Assembly: GCA_947625215.1 (NCBI GenBank)
Contig: CANQNL010000004.1
Coordinates: 1 to 38,206, forward strand
Length of the DNA stretch: 38,206 nucleotides
Direction: 5' to 3'
DNA from: an uncultured Bacilli bacterium
Lineage (GTDB): Bacteria; Bacillota_I; Bacilli_A; RF39; UBA660
Within the stretch, counting starts at the first letter, position 1. Every line of letters begins with the position of its first letter. The notes under the pieces are model-generated. The model had not been told where the DNA came from. It did not search any database and was given only the letters and a program-made list of their open reading frames with translations. Shown here piece after piece: positions 27,060 to 36,157 of this stretch. A program made the translations under genes and the position numbers.

Positions 27060-27857
27060 ATGATAATAACTAATAAAGATAATTTACAAAAAATTAATAA
27101 TTGGAATGATGAAAATATATTTATAATGACTGACTTTGATAGAACAATTACTGCTTCTGATAGTGAAGTTTCTTGGGGCATTTTGCCAAATAGTAATATT
27201 GTTCCTGATGAATATACCCAAGATAGAGAAATTATTCATAATTTTTATAGACCAATTGAAATTGATGAAACCATAGATTCGGAAACTAAAAATAAATATA
27301 TGATAGAGTGGTGGACTAAACATTTAAAGTTACTTATTAAATATAAGATTAGTAAGAGTATGGTTGATAATGTCGATTTAACGGCAATGCATTTTAGAGA
27401 TGGCGTGAAAGAATTTTTAGAAGATATGTATAAAAGAAATATCCCAATAGTTATTATGTCAGCAGGTATTGGTAATTTTATTAAACAATTTTTAATTAAT
27501 AATAACGCTGATTATGATAATATTTATATCGTTTCTAATTTTTTATCTTTTGAAAATGGTGTCATTTCCGGCTTTAGTAAGGATATTATTCATTCACTAA
27601 ATAAAAATGAAAAATTAATTCCTGATAAGATAAAGAATAAATTAATTAATAGACCAAATAAATTTATCTTTGGTGATACGACAGCTGATTCAAAAATGAC
27701 AAATGATAATGAGCATTCTTTAAAAATTGGTTTTTTAGAAGAAAAAATAGATGAAAACCTTAAAGCTTATGAAAGCGTTTTTGATGTGGTATGCATAGGC
27801 CCTACATCATTTAGTGATTTAGGCGATAAAATAGAAATTTTAAGAAGGAAGTCATAA
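27060..27857 (+). CDS. HAD hydrolase, pyrimidine 5'-nucleotidase (UMPH-1/NT5C3-like)
   Basis: DFDRTIT motif I, Y.PIE.D..K.KYMIEWW cap, SAGIG, IHSLNK, GD..AD..M, LKIGFL. Confidence 0.82.
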   Translation: MIITNKDNLQKINNWNDENIFIMTDFDRTITASDSEVSWGILPNSNIVPDEYTQDREIIHNFYRPIEIDETIDSETKNKYMIEWWTKHLKLLIKYKISKSMVDNVDLTAMHFRDGVKEFLEDMYKRNIPIVIMSAGIGNFIKQFLINNNADYDNIYIVSNFLSFENGVISGFSKDIIHSLNKNEKLIPDKIKNKLINRPNKFIFGDTTADSKMTNDNEHSLKIGFLEEKIDENLKAYESVFDVVCIGPTSFSDLGDKIEILRRKS

Positions 27858-29026
27858 TGAAAGTAGAGTGTATTAGATTAGATGATATGGGAAGAGGCAT
27901 TGCCCTTCCTCTAGGCAAAACAACTTTTATAAATAATTTACTTCCAAACGAAGAAGCTTTAATAAAAATAACTCAGGATAAAAAAAACTATAGTGAAGGA
28001 GAAGTTATAAAATTACTTAAAAAAAGTTCTAAAAGAATTACCCCAAAATGCCCATATTTAAATTGTGGATGTCATCTAAAACATTTAGTTTATGAGGAAG
28101 AAATTAAATATAAAGAAGAAAAACTAAAAAATATTTTAAATAAATTTGGAGTATCGAATGTTAAAATAAATTCGATGGTTTATGATAATAATGTTTCCCA
28201 TTATCGCAATAAAATAACATTAAAAGTAAATAATGGAGTAGGTTATTATAGTAATAAAACAAATAATTTTATTAAAATTGATAGATGTGAACTTGTAAGT
28301 GAAAAGGTAAATAAACTTATAAGTATATTAAATAAAGAAGATTTATCTAATGTAAAAGAAATAGAAATTAAAGACTTTAATGAACTTATGATAACTATCA
28401 GCGGAAAAATGGAGATCAAAAATATTGATAAATACGCAGATATTATTTATATGAATGGTTTACTTATAAAAGGAAAACCATATACTGAAACAAGTTTAAA
28501 TGGTTTAACTTTTAAAATATCTAATGATTCTTTTTTTCAGGTTAATAAAACAATGACCGAAAAACTCTATGAAATAGCAATTAAATATTTAGGTCAAAAT
28601 AAAAATAAAACAGTTTTAGATTTATATTGTGGAACTGGAACAATTAGCCTTATTTTAAGCCAACATTTCAAAAAAGTAATCGGCGTTGAAATTAATGAAG
28701 AAGCAGTAAAGTGCGCGAATATAAATAAAGAAATAAATAATATTAATAACGTAGATTTTATATGTGATGATGTTAGTAAAATAAAAGATTTAAAAGCGGA
28801 TATGATAGTAGTTGATCCACCTAGAAAAGGCCTCACTAAAGAGGGAATAAATGAAATTTTGAAAATAAATCCAGAAACTTTAGTTTATATTTCGTGTAAC
28901 CCGATTACTTTAGCTAGAGATTTAAAACTATTTAGTGATGAGTATATTATTACTGATATAACTCCAGTAAATATGTTTCCAAGGACATATCATATGGAAG
29001 TTGTAGCTAGACTTCAAAAGAAATAA
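27857..29026 (+). CDS. rlmD: 23S rRNA (uracil-5)-methyltransferase RlmD/RumA family
   Basis: TRAM-like N-terminus, SFFQVN, LDLYCGTG, VDPPRKG, YISCNP, MFPRT.H.E. Confidence 0.9.
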   Translation: MKVECIRLDDMGRGIALPLGKTTFINNLLPNEEALIKITQDKKNYSEGEVIKLLKKSSKRITPKCPYLNCGCHLKHLVYEEEIKYKEEKLKNILNKFGVSNVKINSMVYDNNVSHYRNKITLKVNNGVGYYSNKTNNFIKIDRCELVSEKVNKLISILNKEDLSNVKEIEIKDFNELMITISGKMEIKNIDKYADIIYMNGLLIKGKPYTETSLNGLTFKISNDSFFQVNKTMTEKLYEIAIKYLGQNKNKTVLDLYCGTGTISLILSQHFKKVIGVEINEEAVKCANINKEINNINNVDFICDDVSKIKDLKADMIVVDPPRKGLTKEGINEILKINPETLVYISCNPITLARDLKLFSDEYIITDITPVNMFPRTYHMEVVARLQKK

Positions 29027-29150
29027 ACATTTTATTTACAAGTGGTTTTTACGTATGTATCTTTCAATTATGTTACTATTAATATATAAAAATAAAGAAA
29101 ACTAACTTGTAAAAAGTATGTAAAATTGTAATAAAACATTTTTAGAAATT

Positions 29151-29184
29151 ATTAAAAACCAAATATTTAAATTTGGTTTTTAAT
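29151..29184. terminator. Bidirectional terminator
   Basis: ATTAAAAACCAAAT-attta a-ATTTGGTTTTTAAT 14-bp inverted repeat between convergent genes. Confidence 0.75.
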
Positions 29185-29203
29185 ATAAAAACTTTTAAAA
29201 TTT

Positions 29204-31159
29204 TTATTCTTCAGTTTTAACAGTCGGGATAACATCATCTAAAGCATAGTCATCATTTGTAGGTTCAGTACCTTTAATATAATATAAAACTTTAGCTTTA
29301 TTTCCATCTTTAGCTACTTCTCCGCTAATTGGATCTATTGCTACACCAACAACATTATTAGGTGTTTTATACCACGTATCTTTTTTACCTTCTAAAGACT
29401 TTTCCATAATATCAACCCACGTGTTTTTAATATTCGAACTATCTGAACTATCGACCGCTTTATTATCATCATAACCAGTCCATAAGCCTACAAGTAAATC
29501 TTTATTATAACCAAAAATTAAATTATCAGTATCCGTAGTACCACTTTTAATTGCATATTTTCGAGTCATTTTTGGGGATATGCTATAGCAAGTTGGAGTA
29601 TTATAATCGACAAATTCCTTAGCCGAAGTAGTTGTTAAAAGTTCATTTAAAACATAGACCGTATTTTTATTTAAAACATTTTCGGGATTTGGTTTATATT
29701 CATATAATACATTTCCCTGCATATCAGCAACTTTACTTATAAAATAAGGTTTTACTTTATAACCTTCATTTGCTAAAGCAGCATAGGCTTTCATCATTTC
29801 CATCATATTAATTTCTTCAGCGCCTAAAGCTAAAGAAGGAAGCTCGTTATTTACTGATTTAATCCCAACTCGTTTAAGCATATTACTAAGATTATTTTCA
29901 CCTAAAAACAAATGGGTTTTAACGGCATAAACATTATCTGAATAAGCAATAGCTGCCGCCATACTAATCGGTTTATTAGGGTATTCATCATTATAATTTT
30001 TAGGAGTATAAGTTTTATCATTTTCAAAAGTAAAAGTTGTTTTTTCGCTAGTGAAAGTAGTTGAAGCGGTAAAACCATTTTCTAAAGCCGAATAATATAA
30101 AAATGGTTTAATAGTTGAGCCAACCTGCCTTGTTGCTTTAGTGGCTCTATTGTACTGACTTTTATTGTAGTCTTTACCCCCAGTTAAAGCAAGCACTTTA
30201 CCATTTTGGGGATTCATAACAACGCCAGCTAACTGAATATCACTATTATTTATATTTTTATTCGCACTATCTTCTAATATCTTTTGAATATTTGTATCTA
30301 AGTTAGTATAAATTTTTAATCCACCAGTATCTAGGAAAGAAGCTGGAATGGAATCAATTTGTTCAAGTTCATCCATAACTGCATCCTGGTAATAGCGCAT
30401 CATTTTTAAATTCTCTTCGTCTTCTTCCTCGGCTTTATATGTAAGAGTGGTATCATAAGCTTTTTGGGCTTCATCTAAAGTAATATAATTGTTTTCTACC
30501 ATTGAAGTTAAAATTAATTTTTGCCTTTTTTTAGCTTGTTTTTCATTTATTAAAGGTGAATATAAACTAGGATTTTTAGGAATGCCCGCTAAAATAGTGG
30601 CCTCAGCTAAAGAAAGATCATTAGAACTTTTACCAAAATAATATTTAGCTGCATTTTCGATTCCAAATATTCCACCATAATTTATCGTATTTAAGTATCC
30701 CTCTAATATTTCATCCTTATCATAATGGGCTTCTAATCTAACTGTAAGCCAAGCTTCTTTAATTTTACGTTTCCAAGTTTTATCAAAATCTAAAAATAAA
30801 TTTTTAGAATATTGTTGAGTAATAGTAGAAGCACCTTGTAATTTTTTTCCAGATTTTAAATTGATAAACATTGCTTTAATAATTCTTAAAAAATCAAAGC
30901 CTTGATGTTTATAGAAATTTTTATCTTCAGTAGAAATAGTGGCATTTATTAAATTGGGAGATATTTTATTTAAACTTATCCAATCTTCACTGGCCGTTCC
31001 TGTATATAACTCATTTTTACTATCGTATAAATAATATCCATTGGCGCCATCAATGGATAATTTTGGAGTGATTTTGGCATACACATATATTCCTATATAT
31101 GTACATAAAGCAAATAAAATTATAATGATTAAAAATAGTAAAATTTTATGCTTTTTCAT
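29204..31159 (-). CDS. Class A penicillin-binding protein, PbpG/YwhE-like
   Basis: GT51 motifs EDKNFYKHQG, GASTITQQ, RKIKE; TP motifs STIK, SDN, KSG. Start moved to ATG31159. Neighbours match the B. subtilis pbpG..ywiB..rpoE region. Confidence 0.92.
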   Translation of the reverse strand: MKKHKILLFLIIIILFALCTYIGIYVYAKITPKLSIDGANGYYLYDSKNELYTGTASEDWISLNKISPNLINATISTEDKNFYKHQGFDFLRIIKAMFINLKSGKKLQGASTITQQYSKNLFLDFDKTWKRKIKEAWLTVRLEAHYDKDEILEGYLNTINYGGIFGIENAAKYYFGKSSNDLSLAEATILAGIPKNPSLYSPLINEKQAKKRQKLILTSMVENNYITLDEAQKAYDTTLTYKAEEEDEENLKMMRYYQDAVMDELEQIDSIPASFLDTGGLKIYTNLDTNIQKILEDSANKNINNSDIQLAGVVMNPQNGKVLALTGGKDYNKSQYNRATKATRQVGSTIKPFLYYSALENGFTASTTFTSEKTTFTFENDKTYTPKNYNDEYPNKPISMAAAIAYSDNVYAVKTHLFLGENNLSNMLKRVGIKSVNNELPSLALGAEEINMMEMMKAYAALANEGYKVKPYFISKVADMQGNVLYEYKPNPENVLNKNTVYVLNELLTTTSAKEFVDYNTPTCYSISPKMTRKYAIKSGTTDTDNLIFGYNKDLLVGLWTGYDDNKAVDSSDSSNIKNTWVDIMEKSLEGKKDTWYKTPNNVVGVAIDPISGEVAKDGNKAKVLYYIKGTEPTNDDYALDDVIPTVKTEE

Positions 31160-31260
31160 TTTAATCACTCCATTTCTAACATTATTATTTGAAAAAACTT
31201 CAAAAATATAAGTAAAAAAATGAATGAATATGGTATAATTTTGTCATTGGAGCGAAGAAT

Positions 31261-31623
31261 ATGAGTAAAATTAAAATAAAGTCAGTGTTAAAATCGAAAA
31301 ATGGAATTCATAAATATAATGGGAAAGGAATTAAAACTAATAATAAAATAATTTATAATGATAAGGGCATTTTAACAACGATAACTTTAGGTAAAATAAT
31401 TTATTTAGAAAGAAAAAAAGATTATTATATAAAAATAGGCTTTAATATATCTAAAACAGTTTTAGGAACATATATTATTCCAGAAGGAAAGATGAAAATA
31501 AAAACTAAAACGAAAAAAATAAAACAAGGTGAAAATGATATAAATATTAATTATTCTCTATATATAAATGATAATCACATTGATGATTTTGAATTAAATT
31601 TACAATATAGTATTGACACATAG
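31261..31623 (+). CDS. DUF1934 (YwiB-like) beta-barrel protein
   Basis: Beta-rich, Y.IPEG.M.I.T.T..I and I.INYSLYIN pattern; synteny. Confidence 0.6.
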   Translation: MSKIKIKSVLKSKNGIHKYNGKGIKTNNKIIYNDKGILTTITLGKIIYLERKKDYYIKIGFNISKTVLGTYIIPEGKMKIKTKTKKIKQGENDININYSLYINDNHIDDFELNLQYSIDT

Positions 31624-31670
31624 AAAAAATGTGATACAATGTTCTAAGATTATTGCTAGGAGGAGACTTT

Positions 31671-32126
31671 ATGAAGTTAAGTAAAATGAAAAAAGAAGAC
31701 TTAGAATTATATTCTTATGATGAATTAACTAAATTAATTTTAGAAGAAGAAAAAAAGCCGTTAAATACGCAGGCTATTTTTAAAAAAATCTGTGAATTAT
31801 TAGAACTTACAGATGAAGAATATGCTGATAAAATAGGTGATTTTTATACGAATCTTACAACGGACAAAGACTTTGTTCTACTTGCCGATGGTAATTGGGA
31901 TTTAAGAGATCACCATCCCGCTTCTACAAACTTTACCGATGATGAAGAAACATATGGGGAAGAAGACTTAGAAGATATTGAAGAGGCTGAGGAAGATATG
32001 GAAGAAATCATCGATGATGAAGGTGAGATGGATGATGATGGTGATGATTTAGATTTAGAAGATCTAGATGATTTAGATGAAGAAGAAGATTTATCAATTA
32101 TTGATGAAGAAGAATTAGAAAACTAA
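31671..32126 (+). CDS. rpoE: DNA-directed RNA polymerase subunit delta
   Basis: IGDFYTNLTTDKDF..L.DGNWDLR plus long Asp/Glu tail; ATG31671 follows AGGAGG. Confidence 0.93.
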   Translation: MKLSKMKKEDLELYSYDELTKLILEEEKKPLNTQAIFKKICELLELTDEEYADKIGDFYTNLTTDKDFVLLADGNWDLRDHHPASTNFTDDEETYGEEDLEDIEEAEEDMEEIIDDEGEMDDDGDDLDLEDLDDLDEEEDLSIIDEEELEN

Positions 32127-32151
32127 TTCTTTTTTTCATAAAAAAAAGAAA

Positions 32152-33267
32152 CTATTTTATAAGTTTCTTAGTTTTTTCAACTTCTTTATCAAGATCATTT
32201 TGAAATTTTTCTAAAGAAGCATTTGGGGTAATACCTAAATCTAAAATATCATCATAAAATTGTTTTTCACTATTACCATCAAGTAATATGATTTTTTTTA
32301 AGGTATCTAAAGCTTTTTCTTTATCTTTTTTATATAAATCGTATAATTCAAGTGCGAATATATAAGAAGTTACATAAAAATAGTCATTAATTTCTGTTGA
32401 AAGATTGGTCACCGCATTTAAAACAAAACTATAATCTGAATTTTTATCATATCTAAAAGATGTTCCTAATTTCTTTTCTAAATTAGCTAAACTTATGATA
32501 GCGTTAGCTTTTTCAGCAATTGAAGAATAAGTCTCGTGATAGTGAGCTTTTTCAATTGTCCCTGCGTAATTATTTAACTCACGGTCAAAAAAATCATAGG
32601 CAATAAGTTCCATAAAAATGGAATCAATTTCGGAATATAATTCTTTTTCCGGGTTTAAATGGCTAGGGTTTATTTGGGCACTAGTAGAGTGACCATATTC
32701 GTGAATCGTTGTAAAAAGATCTCTAAATGTTCCATCTGTGCCAATTTGAAGAAAAGCTTCTTTTGTATTTTTTAGAAAAAACATACGTCCCTCATCACAA
32801 GGAGAATTTTCTTTGTCTATAAATCGTACGTGATTTTTACGTCTACGAAAATTTTTCATAAAGTTTTTATAAAAATAAGGATTTAACTGTTCATAAAAAT
32901 CGTGAGTTAAAATAAGAATTTCATCTTCTGTTAAATTACAAGTGATTTTTACTGGAAGATTATAGCTCTTATCAGATGAAATTTGATAAAATTTTTTTAA
33001 GTCATCTTCTAAAAAACGAATTTCTTCAAGTCTTTGTTTATAATCTTCATAATCATTAAATAATTCATTTTTATAATTGATAGATTCAAAGCAAGCATCA
33101 TTTTCATCAAAATAATCTGGATATTCTTTTTTTACAAAATGGTGTAATGTAATTATATCTTTCCATATATTTTCTCTTTTATTATGATCGGTTTCATTTT
33201 TATAAAATTCAAAGTAGTCATTCAAACGTTTTTCTAGAGTCTGTAGATTCCAGTTATATTTTGCCAT
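32152..33267 (-). CDS. Zincin metallopeptidase-like protein resembling the M3 (oligoendopeptidase F) catalytic half
   Basis: TTIHEYGHS (HExxH), SEIDSIFMEL third-ligand helix, YVTSYIFALELY; no signal peptide. Confidence 0.65.
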   Translation of the reverse strand: MAKYNWNLQTLEKRLNDYFEFYKNETDHNKRENIWKDIITLHHFVKKEYPDYFDENDACFESINYKNELFNDYEDYKQRLEEIRFLEDDLKKFYQISSDKSYNLPVKITCNLTEDEILILTHDFYEQLNPYFYKNFMKNFRRRKNHVRFIDKENSPCDEGRMFFLKNTKEAFLQIGTDGTFRDLFTTIHEYGHSTSAQINPSHLNPEKELYSEIDSIFMELIAYDFFDRELNNYAGTIEKAHYHETYSSIAEKANAIISLANLEKKLGTSFRYDKNSDYSFVLNAVTNLSTEINDYFYVTSYIFALELYDLYKKDKEKALDTLKKIILLDGNSEKQFYDDILDLGITPNASLEKFQNDLDKEVEKTKKLIK

Positions 33268-33378
33268 TATTCCACATCCTTTTGCGGATTATTATAGCAC
33301 ACTTTTATTTTGCCATCAATACTTCATTGACAAAAACAAAATAGTTTTTATATAATTAAGTTATGGGGGATTAGAGGA

Positions 33379-34200
33379 ATGTTAAAAATTAGTAATCTTG
33401 AATTATATTGTTTAAAAAGTCTTGATAGATTTGCTTATATTTTAAAGCGTAATGGTATTAATATGGATTTATTTTATGATAATTTGCCATCTTTAGGAAT
33501 TAAATATATTACGGATAATAATTTATCTAGAAATGCTACGGCAACTTATGACTGTACTGACAATGAAATCATTTTGTCAGCCGAAAGTATTCTTAGAACT
33601 TCTATATTTCACGAATTATTTCATATGGCTAGTACTTGTCAAAATGAAGATTATCTTTATTCTGGTTTTATGGAAGCAAGTGAAGAAAACACCACTATGG
33701 CCGGAGTTGGAATAAATGAAGGAATGACTGAATTATTAAGTAAAATTTATTTTAATTCAGCATCTTCCTATTATTTTCAAAGACTTTATATGAAAAAAAT
33801 AATTGAACTTATAGGCTATAATCAGGCCGAAAAAGCTTATTTTGAAGCCGATGTTAATCCGCTTGTCGATAGTTTAATGAAATATGATAGTGAAGAAAAT
33901 ATTTTAACCTTTATAACTATTTTAGATAATTATACTTTTTTAGAACAAGATTCCAATAGTGAAGATTTTATTAATCCTGATAATCAAGCTCTTTTAAATA
34001 CTTGCTCTGATTATTTAGTTAAGTGGTATGCCAATAAAGCTAAACAAGAAAACTTAGATTCAAATTTAGTTGAAGATTATATTGAAGATTTTTACTGCAT
34101 TGAAATGTTAAACAGCAAAGATGAAAAATTAAATTCAGAGCCAACTAAAGAGGCCTTAGATTATGTTTATGATATGAAAGTTTTAGTTAAGAAGAATTAA
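33379..34200 (+). CDS. Zincin-like metallopeptidase (HExxH plus NEGxTE)
   Basis: IFHELFHMAS, GINEGMTELL, downstream Y; no signal peptide; TTGACA-18-TATAAT promoter. Confidence 0.68.
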   Translation: MLKISNLELYCLKSLDRFAYILKRNGINMDLFYDNLPSLGIKYITDNNLSRNATATYDCTDNEIILSAESILRTSIFHELFHMASTCQNEDYLYSGFMEASEENTTMAGVGINEGMTELLSKIYFNSASSYYFQRLYMKKIIELIGYNQAEKAYFEADVNPLVDSLMKYDSEENILTFITILDNYTFLEQDSNSEDFINPDNQALLNTCSDYLVKWYANKAKQENLDSNLVEDYIEDFYCIEMLNSKDEKLNSEPTKEALDYVYDMKVLVKKN

Positions 34201-34288
34201 ATTAAAAATTCTTCTTTTTAGATAATCAAAATAATTGAACTTATTAATAAAATATAGTATAATTGTAAACGATTAAAAGGTGATATAT

Positions 34289-35344
34289 ATGAAAGAAAGA
34301 TTAAAAGCCATTGAAGAGCGTTATAATGAACTTACGGCTGAACTTACGAAGCCTGAAATTTTAGAGGATATAAAAATGACTTTAAAATTATCTAAAGAAC
34401 AGTCTTCATTAAAAGAAGCTTATGATGCATATCAAAAATATAAAAATTTAAATAATGATTTAGAAGAAGCTAATGAACTTACTAAAGATAATGAACTTGG
34501 TGAATTCGCTAAAGAGGAAGTAGCTAGACTTACGGCTGAAATTAGCAAATTAGAAGCTGAAATTGAAATCATTTTGCTTCCAAAGGATCCTAATGATGAA
34601 AAAAATGTTATTGTGGAAATTAGAGGAGCCGCCGGTGGCGATGAGGCGAATATCTTTGCTGGTGATTTATATCGTATGTATAGTAAATATGTAGAAAAAG
34701 AAGGCTGGAAATTAGAAGTGTTATCAGAGGAACATTCAGATATGGGAGGCTTTCCTTTAATTGAGTTTATGGTTAAAGGTGATAATGTATACTCTAAACT
34801 TAAATATGAAAGTGGCGCTCATAGAGTCCAAAGAGTTCCTGTTACAGAAACGCAAGGCCGTGTACATACTTCAACGGCTACTGTAGTTGTAATGCCAGAA
34901 GCCGAAGAGGTTGATATTGAAATTAAACCAAGTGATTTAAGAATTGATGTTTACCGTAGTACTGGGGCTGGCGGACAGTGCGTTAATACAACTGATAGTG
35001 CAGTACGTATTACACATATTCCAACAGGCGTTGTTGTAACTTGTCAAAATGAAAGAAGTCAGCTTCAGAATAAAGAAAAGTGTATGCAGATGCTTAGAAC
35101 AAAACTTTATGAAGCCGAACTTAGAAAACAAGAAGAAGAACTTGGTAGTGTTAGAAGAAATAAAATTGGAACTGGTGATCGCTCTGAAAAAATCAGAACA
35201 TATAATTATCCGCAAAATAGAGTGACTGACCATCGTATTGGTTTCACAACGAAAAATTTAGATAGAGTTATGGAAGGTAATTTAGATGAAATCATTAATG
35301 CTTTAATTACTGAAGACCAAAACCGAAAACTTAGAGGCGAATAA
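34289..35344 (+). CDS. prfA: Peptide chain release factor 1
   Basis: [19 protein letters not shown] (PxT), [20 protein letters not shown]. Confidence 0.98.
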   Translation: MKERLKAIEERYNELTAELTKPEILEDIKMTLKLSKEQSSLKEAYDAYQKYKNLNNDLEEANELTKDNELGEFAKEEVARLTAEISKLEAEIEIILLPKDPNDEKNVIVEIRGAAGGDEANIFAGDLYRMYSKYVEKEGWKLEVLSEEHSDMGGFPLIEFMVKGDNVYSKLKYESGAHRVQRVPVTETQGRVHTSTATVVVMPEAEEVDIEIKPSDLRIDVYRSTGAGGQCVNTTDSAVRITHIPTGVVVTCQNERSQLQNKEKCMQMLRTKLYEAELRKQEEELGSVRRNKIGTGDRSEKIRTYNYPQNRVTDHRIGFTTKNLDRVMEGNLDEIINALITEDQNRKLRGE

Positions 35345-36054
35345 TGACAGATAGAAAATATTTAGAAAAATATTTAGATAAAGCTAAATTACAAGAGGGT
35401 TTAGAAAAATTAGAAGAGGGCATTCCGCTTCAATATATTATTGGAGATGTTAACTTTTATGGAAATATAATAAAAGTTAATTCAAATGTTTTAATACCAC
35501 GATTTGAAACTGAACTATTAGTAGATAAAACAATAAAATATGCGAAAACATATTTGCCTAGGCAAATAGATGTTATTGATTTAGGTACAGGTAGTGGGGC
35601 TATTGCTATTTCGCTTAAAAAAAAGTTAACAGCGATGGTTGACGCTACTGATATTTCCAATAAAGCTTTAGAAGTAGCTTTAGAAAATGCCAAAATAAAT
35701 GAAACCGATATTAATTTCTTTATAAGTGATATATTTAGTGATGTTACTAAGTCTTATGATTTAATTATTAGTAATCCACCATATGTTAGTAAAAATGAAG
35801 CTATTGAAGATATTGTAAAAAAAAATGAACCAGCTATTGCTTTATTTGCTGATAACGATGGACTTGAATTTTATGAAAAAATACTTAGTAATGCTAAATA
35901 CTATTTAAAAAAACCTGGATTAATCGCACTAGAAATTGGAAGAACGCAAGGTAAAAAAGTAGCCGAAATAGCTAAAAATTATTTTCCAGATGCTAAAATA
36001 AAAATTGAAAAAGATTTTCCAGGTGAAGATAGATTTGTATTTATTTTCAATTAA
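35344..36054 (+). CDS. prmC: Release factor glutamine methyltransferase PrmC/HemK (short N-terminus)
   Basis: PLQYIIG, VLIPRFETE, DLGTGSGAI, SNPPY; coupled to prfA. Confidence 0.95.
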   Translation: MTDRKYLEKYLDKAKLQEGLEKLEEGIPLQYIIGDVNFYGNIIKVNSNVLIPRFETELLVDKTIKYAKTYLPRQIDVIDLGTGSGAIAISLKKKLTAMVDATDISNKALEVALENAKINETDINFFISDIFSDVTKSYDLIISNPPYVSKNEAIEDIVKKNEPAIALFADNDGLEFYEKILSNAKYYLKKPGLIALEIGRTQGKKVAEIAKNYFPDAKIKIEKDFPGEDRFVFIFN

Positions 36055-36157
36055 TAAAATTGCACATTTTTGGCGATTTTATTTTGTTTTTAACAATTGA
36101 CAATTAGGATAAAAATGGGATATAATAAATTAGTATATAATGACTAGGGGTGATTAT

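Noticed and set aside
29051-29078. Possible chromosomal dif site (TTATGTTACT resembles an XerD arm)
   Set aside because: The XerC arm does not match, and gene orientation stays mostly plus on both sides
31940-32120. GAT/GAA-rich quasi-repeats
   Set aside because: Normal acidic tail of the RNA polymerase delta subunit
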